From the IMG/VR virus record IMGVR_UViG_2757320620_000001, positions 1 through 31,416 of that record: a stretch of 31,416 bases of DNA; one strand, given 5' to 3'. The notes under the pieces are model-generated. The model had not been told where the DNA came from, did not search any database, and worked only from the letters and a program-made list of their open reading frames with translations. A program made the translations under genes and the position numbers. This stretch comes from a virus (taxonomy: Duplodnaviria; Heunggongvirae; Uroviricota; Caudoviricetes). This document shows, one piece after another, positions 18,601-26,673 of the stretch; within the stretch, counting starts at the first letter, position 1, and each line of letters opens with the position of its first letter.

Positions 18601-19941
18601 GTCGATGGCGTTGCCCGTGTCTCTGCGACCTGGGATGCCAACACCGAGACCGACGTCGTCGCCTATGACTTTGCGATCAAGCAGGGTTCGGGCAACTGGG
18701 TCGCTCTGCCGGTGGCGCAGAACTCCTGCGAGTTCGATGCCATTCCGGGCGTCGCCTATGAGATCAAGGTCCGGGCGCGCGATCGGCTGGGCAACGTCTC
18801 CGACTATTGCGCCGCACTCACGGTTACGGCGATCGTCGATACCGAGGCGCCGTCTGTGCCGCTCAGTGTCGGCGCCGTCGGCCTGTTCCGCTCGATCTGG
18901 GTGGACTGGGATCTGTCTCCGGAAGCCGACGTCGATTTCTACGAGGTCGAGGCGTCGAAGGGCGGTCTGGCGACAATCTATTTCTGCAAGGCGCCGGCCT
19001 TCATCCACTCCTCGCTGGTCGTCGGCGATGAATGGAGCTATCGCGTGCGCGCCGTCGACACCTCGCAGAACCGCAGCGACTGGGGTGCGGTCGTGACCGC
19101 GACCGTCGGCGCCATCAATCCTGGCGATCTGCCGCCTGACGCGCTGATTTCGACCTTCGCGCTGATCGACGAGGCGTTCATCGAGAGCGCCCATATCGTC
19201 GAGATCGACGCCGGCAAGATCAAGGCCGGCTCGATCCTGTCGGGCAGTGTCATCGTTGCGACCAGCGGCGGAAACATTCCGCTCGCCAATATCGGCGCGG
19301 GCGGCGACCCGGCCGACACGATCAACAACGGCACCACCCAGATCGAGCCTGGCATGATCAAGATTGCCAGCGGCATCTCGCTCGCCGACTGGCGTTATGG
19401 TGGCGACGAAACCATGATCAACGGTGGGGCACTGGCTACCAACTCGGTTGCAGCCAATGTGCTGAACATCGGCATGCGCGGCATCACGACCGACGGCCTG
19501 AATTTCGAGCACAACAGCCCGGCGATCAACAGCGTTGCCTGGACGAGCGGCACCATCCGCTACATGGGTGACGACGGTAATCCGGCCAACCGCGCCATCA
19601 CGGCCGGCAATGCTGCCTGGATGACCGGCTTCCTCTATCTCGTCTGGATCAAGGGTGCCAACGCGATCACGGCAACGACCGACCCGGCTGTCGCCTACGG
19701 CGCCAATGCGGTGATCCTGGCGCTCTACCTGGGCGGCAAGGATCTGACGGCCAATTACGGTCGCACGACGATCGACGGCTCGAACATCAAGACCGGCACC
19801 ATTACGGCAACGGCGATGTCGGTCTCGTCGCTGTCGGCGATCTCCTCCAACATCGGCACCATCACTTCGGGTTTGATGCAGTCGACAGACGGGAAGATGC
19901 AGATCGACCTGACCAACAAGCGTATTCTGATTGCGGATTGA
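15622..19941 (+). CDS. Tail tip/host specificity protein, lambda gpJ-like, 1439 aa with FN3-like repeats
   Basis: 'IRGSKGGG', 'SEGP', 'YPHTAL', 'AWTNNPAWIFYDLLTNDRYGLG' and several FN3-type modules in the C-terminal half. Confidence 0.93.
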   Translation: MSTQEMELIRGSKGGGKGKGGGGSNAENTLRSKARVRMVEIVSEGPCVGLIDSLGNVLGSSVYGKGVHFEQTPVINENSSRNFQNVIIDQRLGYPDQAHLTGFPQVETPFAVDTQVKANTGPVVRTINEENADSVRVIIKLPALVKQNKKTGKLGTASVSYAIDVRGYQGSWQRAHTENLVNQKCVSAVQRAHRIELPLGGHPWDIRVVRLTEDSDSDTLSNDTIFESYTVVVEGKFTYPHTALVALEVNAEDMGQSVPARNYRYRGLIISVPSNYNPITRTYSGFWDGTFKQAWTNNPAWIFYDLLTNDRYGLGEFVSPQIVDKWSLYHIAQYCDEQVKSGFKNADTGLPIYEPRYTYNGVLRSREDAWRVLQQISTAWRGMAYWSLGQVFATADMPADPVKLFSPANVVGDFNYSGTSQKARHTVALVSYNNPNDFYRPDVEPVPHEEGLRRWGWREKQVTLAGCTSRGLAHRYGKWILDVEQNETETVDFSASWDSTDVRPGDIITIADPAKAQIRLGGRLKAAEETQLWLDGPFVPAAGETYQVYVTLPNGQVKLCDISHFANELFKDGESIGYDRIVLAEPLVELPLVNSMWVMRGTDVQPRFYRIITIKEDKKNIFKITALFHDPNKYARVEDIGSLQPTSYTRPSSESLPVENLQVHEVSYLENGLPKSTLTLSWSNPRDFLTKEYEVAMLSPTSGYNIVGTTQNNSIDITELPIGEYTFYVYAISFSSVRSQPATLDYEIAGWAVAAAPTVSNLQLEDSEDGVHFSGSTANISWFNNFPVTTSVTADGAAVANVRSPFYDFNTVKVWDTTTGTLLRTQKVESSIYGYTIEMNAADTKRAGLAGPTRTLRFDVTVTDTLARESNPATISVSNPTPAAFNPTVFVAVNNLHVSLPSPVDTDFAGILVWIETNDTFDPYATTPRYDGAGGAFVFPGEELQTYYIRAAAYDTFGKTGLNISPAIMVSTTAMFETDPPAIPTGLAVTTSFVDGVARVSATWDANTETDVVAYDFAIKQGSGNWVALPVAQNSCEFDAIPGVAYEIKVRARDRLGNVSDYCAALTVTAIVDTEAPSVPLSVGAVGLFRSIWVDWDLSPEADVDFYEVEASKGGLATIYFCKAPAFIHSSLVVGDEWSYRVRAVDTSQNRSDWGAVVTATVGAINPGDLPPDALISTFALIDEAFIESAHIVEIDAGKIKAGSILSGSVIVATSGGNIPLANIGAGGDPADTINNGTTQIEPGMIKIASGISLADWRYGGDETMINGGALATNSVAANVLNIGMRGITTDGLNFEHNSPAINSVAWTSGTIRYMGDDGNPANRAITAGNAAWMTGFLYLVWIKGANAITATTDPAVAYGANAVILALYLGGKDLTANYGRTTIDGSNIKTGTITATAMSVSSLSAISSNIGTITSGLMQSTDGKMQIDLTNKRILIAD

Positions 19942-19944
19942 GAA

Positions 19945-20364
19945 ATGACAAACAGGGTTGTTCTGGGAGCTTTTGACGGCACGTTCGTTCTGCGGATTTC
20001 CAAGCCGGGGTTCAATGTGCTGGACACTGCGCTAAGCGACGCCAATCTGTCCTTCGACAGCCGGTGGAGCTCGGTCGGAAAGGTCTGGATGAAGGGAGTG
20101 CTGCCGCAGTTAGCATTCACTCAGTTCAGCTCGGGCGGCTCTCCCTCGGTCAAGGCGAGCTTCGGTCTAGGCTACACACCTGCGGCCAACGCTCCACCCG
20201 TGTTGATCGCCATGATGAAACTGGCCGGCAGCTCTCAATACAGACCGATCTTTGGCCTGGAGTCGTATGTCGTGGGAAGCACGATGAACATCGGTATCAG
20301 CTTCTTCTCAAAACCCCAGATCGACGCGGTCTACTATCTCGTTTGGAGGCCCCTCTTTGACTAA
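19945..20364 (+). CDS. Small tail-tip-associated protein, paralog 1 (139 aa)
   Basis: N-terminus MTNRVVLG...ISKPGFNVL shared with the next two ORFs; follows gpJ. Confidence 0.7.
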   Translation: MTNRVVLGAFDGTFVLRISKPGFNVLDTALSDANLSFDSRWSSVGKVWMKGVLPQLAFTQFSSGGSPSVKASFGLGYTPAANAPPVLIAMMKLAGSSQYRPIFGLESYVVGSTMNIGISFFSKPQIDAVYYLVWRPLFD

Positions 20365-20713
20365 TCGCGTCCTTTTCGGTCAGCGTGGATCGGCCTTCGG
20401 GCTGTGGGTTTCCAAGCCCGGCTTTGATGTGCTCACTGCCGCCGACGACAACATGACCATTCTCCCCAGTCGCCCGAACCTGCAGCTTGTGCAGAGTGGT
20501 TTCTTCGACACGTCCGGCCACGCCTTTCCTTATTCCTTCACGATCCCAAACCTTGGCTACCAGCCGCTGATCCGGTGGTTGCCCTCGGGATACAATGCCT
20601 ACCTTCAACCCGCATCCAATACGCTGATGCAATTTTATTCGGATGGAGCCGGACCAGCGTCCGGCGTGCCGATGAACATCTATTATTGGGTTTTTACGGA
20701 GTCGATGGCATAA
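20357..20713 (+). CDS. Small tail-tip-associated protein, paralog 2 (118 aa)
   Basis: MTNRVLFG...VSKPGFDVLTA; overlaps both neighbours. Confidence 0.7.
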   Translation: MTNRVLFGQRGSAFGLWVSKPGFDVLTAADDNMTILPSRPNLQLVQSGFFDTSGHAFPYSFTIPNLGYQPLIRWLPSGYNAYLQPASNTLMQFYSDGAGPASGVPMNIYYWVFTESMA

Positions 20714-21102
20714 TGGTAAATCGCGTTCTCCTTGACACAAATCGTCTGAAAGTTTCGCGGCCGGGCTTCGATGTGCTGACGGCGACCTTTGCTCAATTGT
20801 CGTTCAACTCGGACTTCAGTGCGGCGGCCATCTACGCGCGAGGCTCCACTTCGACCCAAGGCAACGTGGTGACTATCCCGTTCGGCAAGACCTTCGCGGC
20901 CAGGCCGAACATCGACGTTCTCGCTAAAAATCCTGACCTGTGGGATGGCTTTGCCGTGATCGGCGACATCTACTCGCCTCAACACTCGATCCCAAGATCT
21001 GGGGCCGCGATAGACCTGTCTTACTCGACGTCTGCCCTGCAGGTTTGGTCGCATTCCGCCCTTTCGGTTACGACCTGGGCCTATGTTATTTGGAGATTTT
21101 AA
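20713..21102 (+). CDS. Small tail-tip-associated protein, paralog 3 (129 aa)
   Basis: True start at the TAATG overlap at 20713: MVNRVLL...VSRPGFDVLTA. Confidence 0.7.
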   Translation: MVNRVLLDTNRLKVSRPGFDVLTATFAQLSFNSDFSAAAIYARGSTSTQGNVVTIPFGKTFAARPNIDVLAKNPDLWDGFAVIGDIYSPQHSIPRSGAAIDLSYSTSALQVWSHSALSVTTWAYVIWRF

Positions 21103-21587
21103 TGCTTATCGCCTACGACAACACTGGCAGCATCTATCACGTCGTTTTTGATCCCGTTCCCAACGAGATCATGATCGCGATGATCGAAGAGGGGCAGAAG
21201 TTTCTCAGCTACTCGCAGCAGTTCGAACCTGACATTCAAATCCCCTGGACGGACGAGGATGGTAATCCGACCCTGAAATGGGTGCAGGGTGCGCCGATCC
21301 CGTTCAACCCGATGCCGGACACCCACTATGTCGATCTGACGGCCAATCCCGCCGCAGTGGTTGAGCGTCCGGTTATGACAATTTCGCAGGAGGTGACGCT
21401 GAATGTCGGAGACACGTTGGTCGTGAACGACCTGCCCGATCCGGTCGAGGTAGCCCTCGACGATGAGGTGACCGAGCTGACGGGCGGCACGCTCGAGCTT
21501 TCGGCTGACATGCCGGCCGAATACACGTTGGTCCTGAACAAGTGGCCTTATCAGCCCGCTACCCTGAAGGTGACCGTCAATGCTTAG
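21102..21587 (+). CDS. Tail accessory protein of unknown function (161 aa)
   Basis: TAATG-coupled start at 21102 after GGAG; acidic and beta-rich; inside the tail operon. Confidence 0.6.
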   Translation: MLIAYDNTGSIYHVVFDPVPNEIMIAMIEEGQKFLSYSQQFEPDIQIPWTDEDGNPTLKWVQGAPIPFNPMPDTHYVDLTANPAAVVERPVMTISQEVTLNVGDTLVVNDLPDPVEVALDDEVTELTGGTLELSADMPAEYTLVLNKWPYQPATLKVTVNA

Positions 21588-22008
21588 ACTGACCAAGAAC
21601 CTCGAGCCGCTGCGCGTTGCGGCCGAAAAAGAAATTGACGCCGTCGCCGAGGGCGTGCGTGGCCTCTTCATCACGCCTGGCTCCGGCCAGTCGATGGTCT
21701 ATACGCAGAAGGAGAAGGAGGCCGAAGCGCTCACCGCTAATCCGAATGTCGACCAGGCCGAAATCCCGCATATCGTCCTTGAGGCGGAAATGAACGGGAT
21801 CTCGCTGCTCGACCAGGCCGCGATCGTTCTGACCATGGCCTATCAGTGGCGCGAGCTCTCCAGTCGCATCGAGGTCGCGCGGCAGGCCGGCAAGGGGCAG
21901 GTGAGGGCGGCCGCGACGCCGGCTGCAATCGCGCAAAGCTGCACCGCGGCAAAGGAAACACTGACAGGAGTTGCCACAGGATTCGGTCTTGCCTATAATG
22001 GTCAGTAA
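21580..22008 (+). CDS. Tail fibre assembly/accessory-like protein (142 aa)
   Basis: Helical, with 'ITPGSGQSMVYTQKEKEA' resembling small tail-accessory proteins; last gene of the tail module. Confidence 0.55.
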   Translation: MLRLTKNLEPLRVAAEKEIDAVAEGVRGLFITPGSGQSMVYTQKEKEAEALTANPNVDQAEIPHIVLEAEMNGISLLDQAAIVLTMAYQWRELSSRIEVARQAGKGQVRAAATPAAIAQSCTAAKETLTGVATGFGLAYNGQ

Positions 22009-22020
22009 ATATTGATTTAC
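21971..22020 (+). promoter_or_regulatory. Near-consensus sigma70 promoter for the lysis cassette, with palindrome copy 8 (22001-22020, GTCAGTAAATATTGATTTAC) over the start site
   Basis: TTGCCA (21971-21976), 17 bp, TATAAT (21994-21999); the palindrome begins 2 nt later. Confidence 0.78.
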
Positions 22021-22044
22021 CGACTCCCAGACAGGATCAAAGCC

Positions 22045-22407
22045 ATGACCGCCCTGCCTTCTTTCACCGTGAATAAGGAGACGATCGCTCTCGTGGCTGG
22101 TCTTATCGGCCTCGTCACCGTTGGTTGGAACGTCGCCTCCTACTTCAAGGGCCTCGAGCCGAAGAACAACCCGGTTGTTCAGGAGATCGTCACCAAGAAC
22201 CGCGAGCAGGATCAGCGCCTCGATCGCACCGACGAGGATCGCCAGATCACCAAGGAGCTCAGCCAGAAGACCGGCGAGCTAAAGGAGGCCGTCGTCAAGC
22301 TGACCACCGTGATCGAGCAGGGCAGTGCGCTTTCGAAGAAGGCCTATTGGGAAATGCCCTCGACCACCGATCCGACGCGCCAGGCCATCAACCTCGAGGT
22401 GCGCTGA
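22045..22407 (+). CDS. Single-TM membrane protein with coiled coil at the head of the lysis cassette (120 aa)
   Basis: ATG 22045 after AGGA. Hydrophobic segment IALVAGLIGLVTVGWNVASYF followed by a charged helix. Confidence 0.6.
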   Translation: MTALPSFTVNKETIALVAGLIGLVTVGWNVASYFKGLEPKNNPVVQEIVTKNREQDQRLDRTDEDRQITKELSQKTGELKEAVVKLTTVIEQGSALSKKAYWEMPSTTDPTRQAINLEVR

Positions 22408-22408
22408 C

Positions 22409-22642
22409 ATGAAGCTTCATGCTGACTGGAAGAAGATCCTTCTGCATTCGTGGAACGTGCGCATCGTCGCGCTGGCGGCCCTGCTGTCCGGCGCCGAGGC
22501 GTTCGTTCCCTATCTGCCCGCGCTGGTGAGCATCGATCCGTTCTGGATGGCGATCCTGACGCCCGTGACACTGATGGCAGCGCTGGTCGCCCGCCTGGTC
22601 GCTCAGAAGGCTATCTCGGGAGGCGACGATGCCGATCGGTAA
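22409..22642 (+). CDS. Holin, putative (77 aa, two TM segments)
   Basis: 'MKLHADWKKILLHSWNVR' then two hydrophobic helices and 'VARLVAQ'; directly upstream of and overlapping the lysozyme. Confidence 0.75.
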   Translation: MKLHADWKKILLHSWNVRIVALAALLSGAEAFVPYLPALVSIDPFWMAILTPVTLMAALVARLVAQKAISGGDDADR

Positions 22643-23249
22643 GATTCTTCCCAGCAAGCGCGCCATTGCCGCAATCGTTGCCGCAGTCGCCACGGCCTCG
22701 GCCGCTGGCTGGCACTCCCAGAGCGACACGAGCGAGGCTGTGCTGCCTCCGGCCGTCATTCTTGCGACCAACGAGCTGATCCTGCCCTGGGAGGGTATGG
22801 TGCTGCAGGCGCATTGGGATCGCTACGCCAAGATTTACGACATCTGCGCCGGCATTACCCGCATCAACGGCAAGCCCGTCACTGCGAACATGCGCTTCAC
22901 CCGCCCTGAATGCATGCAGATGACCCGCGAGCAGATCTACCGCGACTATTATCTGCCGCTCGTCAAACAGGTGCCGGGCTTCACCAGCTTCCCGGTCGGC
23001 GTTCAGGCAGCCATGCTCTCCGGCGCCTATAACTTCGGCGTCGGTTCGGTCGCGTCCCGCAAGGGCATGGCCGGCTCGACGGCAACCCGCTTCCACATGA
23101 CCGGCCAATACCGCAAGGGCTGCGAGGCCCAGACCGCCTTCAACAAGGCCGGTGGTGTCGTTGTCGACGGCCTGGTGAAGCGGCGCGAGATGGGTGACGC
23201 CCAGCGCATGGGTGAAGCCGAGATCTGCGTGTCAGGGCTGCCGAAATGA
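22629..23249 (+). CDS. Endolysin, GH24 lysozyme with a SAR-like N-terminal anchor
   Basis: Ala-rich N-terminal hydrophobic segment after KR; 'WEG-x7-D...ICAGIT', 'AYNFGVG' and 'GLVKRREM'. Confidence 0.88.
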   Translation: MPIGKILPSKRAIAAIVAAVATASAAGWHSQSDTSEAVLPPAVILATNELILPWEGMVLQAHWDRYAKIYDICAGITRINGKPVTANMRFTRPECMQMTREQIYRDYYLPLVKQVPGFTSFPVGVQAAMLSGAYNFGVGSVASRKGMAGSTATRFHMTGQYRKGCEAQTAFNKAGGVVVDGLVKRREMGDAQRMGEAEICVSGLPK

Positions 23250-23590
23250 TCAAGGCCCTGATCGCGCCATACCTCGGCTATCTCTATGCCGCTCTTGCCG
23301 TCGGCGTCGTTGCGGGCGGCATCTACGCCTATCACGTCATCTACGATCGCGGCTGGGATGCTCGCGCCGTGATCGCCGAGCGGGAGAAGGAAGACATGCG
23401 CAAGGCCAATGCCTTTGCCGTCGCCTCTGCCGAAAAGGGCCTGCGCGAAGACGTCGCCGCCCTGATCATCGAAAAGGAAAGGCTTGAAAATGAAGTTGCC
23501 CGTCTCGACGCGGAAGCTGATGCGGACCCTGGCGCTGGTGATGTTGGCATCAAGCGCAACGGCGTGCAGCGCCTTAACGCCATCCGCTAA
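23246..23590 (+). CDS. Inner-membrane spanin (Rz-like)
   Basis: N-terminal TM plus coiled coil directly after the endolysin. Confidence 0.8.
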   Translation: MIKALIAPYLGYLYAALAVGVVAGGIYAYHVIYDRGWDARAVIAEREKEDMRKANAFAVASAEKGLREDVAALIIEKERLENEVARLDAEADADPGAGDVGIKRNGVQRLNAIR

Positions 23591-23828
23591 GGCCAAGATT
23601 GAGCTGCCGGCGCTGCCGGCCGAGCTCTTGGTCTGCAAGCCCGACGGCACCTGCGAGCCCATCTGCATCCGACCGGTATTCATTCCTGACCGCGACATTA
23701 CCCGTGCTGAAACGGAAAAGCTTTGGCGCCGGGACCGCATGAACCTCGTTGCGTGCCGGATGAAGGCTCAGACGATCGCGGATTTCTACGAGAACCTCCG
23801 GAAGAATTTCGACGCCACCGCGAAGTAA
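23490..23828 (+). CDS. Outer-membrane spanin lipoprotein (Rz1-like); start 23490 or 23520
   Basis: Overlaps Rz in another frame. Signal peptide with lipobox-like SATA-C; Pro-rich with several Cys. Confidence 0.78.
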   Translation: MKLPVSTRKLMRTLALVMLASSATACSALTPSAKAKIELPALPAELLVCKPDGTCEPICIRPVFIPDRDITRAETEKLWRRDRMNLVACRMKAQTIADFYENLRKNFDATAK

Positions 23829-23882
23829 TCCGGTCCGTCTCTCTTCTATGTATCTTATACTCTAAACGAGAATAGAATAACT

Positions 23883-25745
23883 ATGAACGAAGCAGGACCG
23901 GAAAAGACGCTGACCCGCGAAGATGAAAACTTCATCCGGGTGTATAACGATCCCGAGACCTATCCTTTTCTTGCTGACGTCGCCTACGAGCTGAAGCTGT
24001 CGTATCAGACAGTCCGGAATAAAGCGGCAATCATGCGCGGGCGCAAACGTGCCGGCGAAGACATTCCGGCGCTGATCTCGCGCGTCGGCGTGCGCTCACC
24101 TGGCAAGGACAAGGCGCCGGTCGATCCGATGATCCACGCCAACGCACGAGCCCGCCTGCTGCGAGAGCAGCTCCATGGGCTGCTGACGTCGTCGCGCTAC
24201 CCTGTCGTCAATCCTGAAGCTGTTGTGGTCGAAGGAACGCTGGTCAATCGCTACAGCCGGGCGTCGGGAACGCCCGAGTCGACCGAAGGCGTTCCGCGCA
24301 CCTGGATGACCGACATTCTGCACGTCGAGGGCGTCGTCGATCCGCGCGGCCGCAGGTTCATCGTCACCGGCGCCCAGAACGATTGCCCGGTCGATGGCGA
24401 CTTCTGGCAGAACCTGCAGGCCTACGCCCACTTCCTCGACGCCGATATCATCGTCGGGCCTGGCACCTATGAGACGCAGTGGTGGGCCGAGAACAATCCA
24501 GCTGTGCGATCCTATGCGCCGGAGATCCAGGAATATCTCTGCTTCGGCCGCATGACGATCGGCGACAACTTCGTCTTTGCCGGCGAAATGAACATGCTGC
24601 CGACGGCCAACCGGCCGATCGGTGATCTCGCCAGTTATTCGCATGGCAAATGGACCGTCTTTCCGCATGCCAAGATCCAGCTCAAGTCCGTTCCGTCGCT
24701 CGATCCCGCAAAGCAGGCGCACCAGGTCATGACCACGGGCATGATTACCCGGCCGAAGATCATTCCGCGCAAGGCCGGCATCAAGGCGCTGCAGGCACAC
24801 ACGCTCGGTGCGGTGCTGGTCGAGTTCAACCAGGCCGGCGACCTCTTCTGCCGGCATCTGCTGGCTGATCATGACGGCTCCTTCTGCGACTTCGAATTCT
24901 TCGTCAAGGATGGCGTCGTTGATATCGATTACGACAACATCGACCTCGCCGTGCTCGCCGACTTCCATAACGACAAGGCGCACAAGGCCAATTTCGACGC
25001 CACCTTCCGGGCGCCGACCTCGCTGGTCAAGGAGCTGCGGCTCAAGCGCGTCTTCGTCCATGACATCTTCGACAACTACCGGCGCAACCATCACAACGTC
25101 CACGACAACGCCATGAACTACGAGGTCGCCGTGCGCGGCCGGGAGAGCGTTGCCGAAGAGGTGAGGGGTGTCGCGCTCGTCCTTCAGGAGCTGCTGGAAT
25201 CGACAGCCGTGACCGTCGTCGAGTCCAACCACGACATTGCCCTTGAGCGCTATGTCCGCGAGGGCCGCTATCGCAATGACGGCATCAACATTCGCTTCGG
25301 CCTGCAGCTCGAGGACGCCTATCTCGCCTGGCGCGAGGAAGTGGCGCACGATCTCGACGCCGGCCGGACGCCGCGCTCCTTCTCGCTGCTCGAATACGCG
25401 GTCAACCTGGCAGCCGAGAAGGAAGGCATCGACCTCTCCGGCGTCACCTGGGTGCATGACGGCGCCAGCCACGTCGTCAACGGCGTCCAATGCGGCCATC
25501 ACGGCTTCCGCGGCGCCAACGGTGCCCGCGGCACGGTCGCCGGCTACGCAGCCCTCGGCATGCCGATGAATATCGGCGACAAACACTCGCCCGAGATCCT
25601 CGACGAGGTCTATGTCTCCGGCGTCAAAAACCTGCGCCAGGGCTACAACAAGGGGCCGAGCGGCTGGGCTGTCACCGACACGATCCAATACCGCAACGGC
25701 AAGCGCACGCTCGTCACCTATCAGAACGGAAATTGGCGCGCGTAA
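23883..25745 (+). CDS. A1: T5 A1-like protein: N-terminal HTH plus calcineurin-like metallophosphoesterase/nuclease fold, 620 aa
   Basis: Motif order matches T5 A1 as recalled: RFIVTGAQN, EMNMLPTANRP, KAGIKA..HTLGAVLVEF, ADFH, FVHDIFD..RNHHN, VESNHD, CGHHG..GANGARG, GYNKGPSGW, GKRTLV..NG. Confidence 0.8.
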   Translation: MNEAGPEKTLTREDENFIRVYNDPETYPFLADVAYELKLSYQTVRNKAAIMRGRKRAGEDIPALISRVGVRSPGKDKAPVDPMIHANARARLLREQLHGLLTSSRYPVVNPEAVVVEGTLVNRYSRASGTPESTEGVPRTWMTDILHVEGVVDPRGRRFIVTGAQNDCPVDGDFWQNLQAYAHFLDADIIVGPGTYETQWWAENNPAVRSYAPEIQEYLCFGRMTIGDNFVFAGEMNMLPTANRPIGDLASYSHGKWTVFPHAKIQLKSVPSLDPAKQAHQVMTTGMITRPKIIPRKAGIKALQAHTLGAVLVEFNQAGDLFCRHLLADHDGSFCDFEFFVKDGVVDIDYDNIDLAVLADFHNDKAHKANFDATFRAPTSLVKELRLKRVFVHDIFDNYRRNHHNVHDNAMNYEVAVRGRESVAEEVRGVALVLQELLESTAVTVVESNHDIALERYVREGRYRNDGINIRFGLQLEDAYLAWREEVAHDLDAGRTPRSFSLLEYAVNLAAEKEGIDLSGVTWVHDGASHVVNGVQCGHHGFRGANGARGTVAGYAALGMPMNIGDKHSPEILDEVYVSGVKNLRQGYNKGPSGWAVTDTIQYRNGKRTLVTYQNGNWRA

Positions 25746-25749
25746 TCGC

Positions 25750-25790
25750 ATCAATCAATATTTACTTACTGCTCAATGTTCGCGTAAACT
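25750..25790 (+). promoter_or_regulatory. Palindrome copy 9 (25750-25769, ATCAATCAATATTTACTTAC) overlapping the -35 of a putative phoH promoter
   Basis: TTTACT (25761-25766), 18 bp, TAAACT (25785-25790). Confidence 0.72.
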
Positions 25791-25818
25791 GGTGTCATTC
25801 ATGCATCGGAGTTTACCC

Positions 25819-26673
25819 ATGTCCCAGGCTCGCCGCTCTTCCAAGTCCTCTCAAAGACAGGAGCGCCGCGGCGCCCGTGTCAGGCCCGACCAGCACCAGA
25901 ATCTTCTGGCCGCTGTCATTGAGGAACAAACCAATCGCCGCAAACCTTCCCGCACTCAGCGGCCCGAAGGTCCGGCCAAAGCACTCAACGACGGTCAGCG
26001 CCGCTATGATGCGGCAATCAAGTCCTCCGATATCGTCTTTGGCACTGGTCCCGCGGGCACCGGCAAGACCTGGTTTGCCGTCCAGCGCGCAGCCGAGGCG
26101 CTCAAGGCTGGCCTGATCGACAAGATCTATGTCAGCCGGCCGAACGTCGAGGTCGAGCGCAGCTTCGGCTTTCTGACCGGTGACCTCAAGGAGAAGTTCA
26201 AGCCCTACCTGGTGCCGCTCGAGGAGGCCTTCCACGACGCATTCGGCCAGGCGCACTACGAATATCTGGTCGAGGCCGAGATCATCGTGGCGGTGCCGCT
26301 CGCCTTCATGCGCGGTCGCACGCTGAAGAACGCCTGGGTGATCTTCGATGAAATGCAGAACGCCACCGACAGCGAGTTCAAGATGGCACTGACGCGTATC
26401 GGTGAGGGCGCCAAATTCATCATCAACGGCGACCTGCGCCAGATCGACCGCGGTATCGCCTCCGGCATGGCTCGGGCGATCAAACTGCTCGGCCGGCTGG
26501 CCGAGGTTAGCGTCGTCGAATTCACCCGCGAAGACATCGTTCGGCACGGTCTTATTCAGAAAATCGTCGAACTTTACGAAGACCAGCAAATTTCGATCTA
26601 TTCAGAGAGCGACGACGAAGAAGCTCATGAAGGACTCGGAAGATTTTTGAATGCAAGTGCAACCCGCAATTGA
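25819..26673 (+). CDS. phoH: PhoH-family ATPase (284 aa)
   Basis: GGAG at 25808-25811 before ATG 25819. Motifs 'FGTGPAGTGKT', 'GFLTGDLKEK', 'PLAFMRGRTL', 'DEMQN' and 'TRIG...NGD..Q'. Confidence 0.95.
   Translation: MSQARRSSKSSQRQERRGARVRPDQHQNLLAAVIEEQTNRRKPSRTQRPEGPAKALNDGQRRYDAAIKSSDIVFGTGPAGTGKTWFAVQRAAEALKAGLIDKIYVSRPNVEVERSFGFLTGDLKEKFKPYLVPLEEAFHDAFGQAHYEYLVEAEIIVAVPLAFMRGRTLKNAWVIFDEMQNATDSEFKMALTRIGEGAKFIINGDLRQIDRGIASGMARAIKLLGRLAEVSVVEFTREDIVRHGLIQKIVELYEDQQISIYSESDDEEAHEGLGRFLNASATRN

Noticed and set aside
19945-21102. Diversity-generating retroelement or shufflon acting on the tail-tip paralogs
   Set aside because: No reverse transcriptase or invertase, no long TR/VR pair, and the shared DNA differs mainly at synonymous positions, consistent with protein-level conservation.
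23829-23882. Complete sigma70 promoter for the A1-like gene
   Set aside because: TATACT is present, but there is no credible -35 or extended -10, so it is not called as a feature.
25612-25818. N-terminal extension of PhoH given by the ORF track
   Set aside because: It overlaps the A1-like gene and the operator/promoter; the SD-supported start is 25819. Similar over-extended starts were trimmed for 524, 2770, 6643, 13531, 20575, 20940, 22012, 22325, 27468 and 29883.
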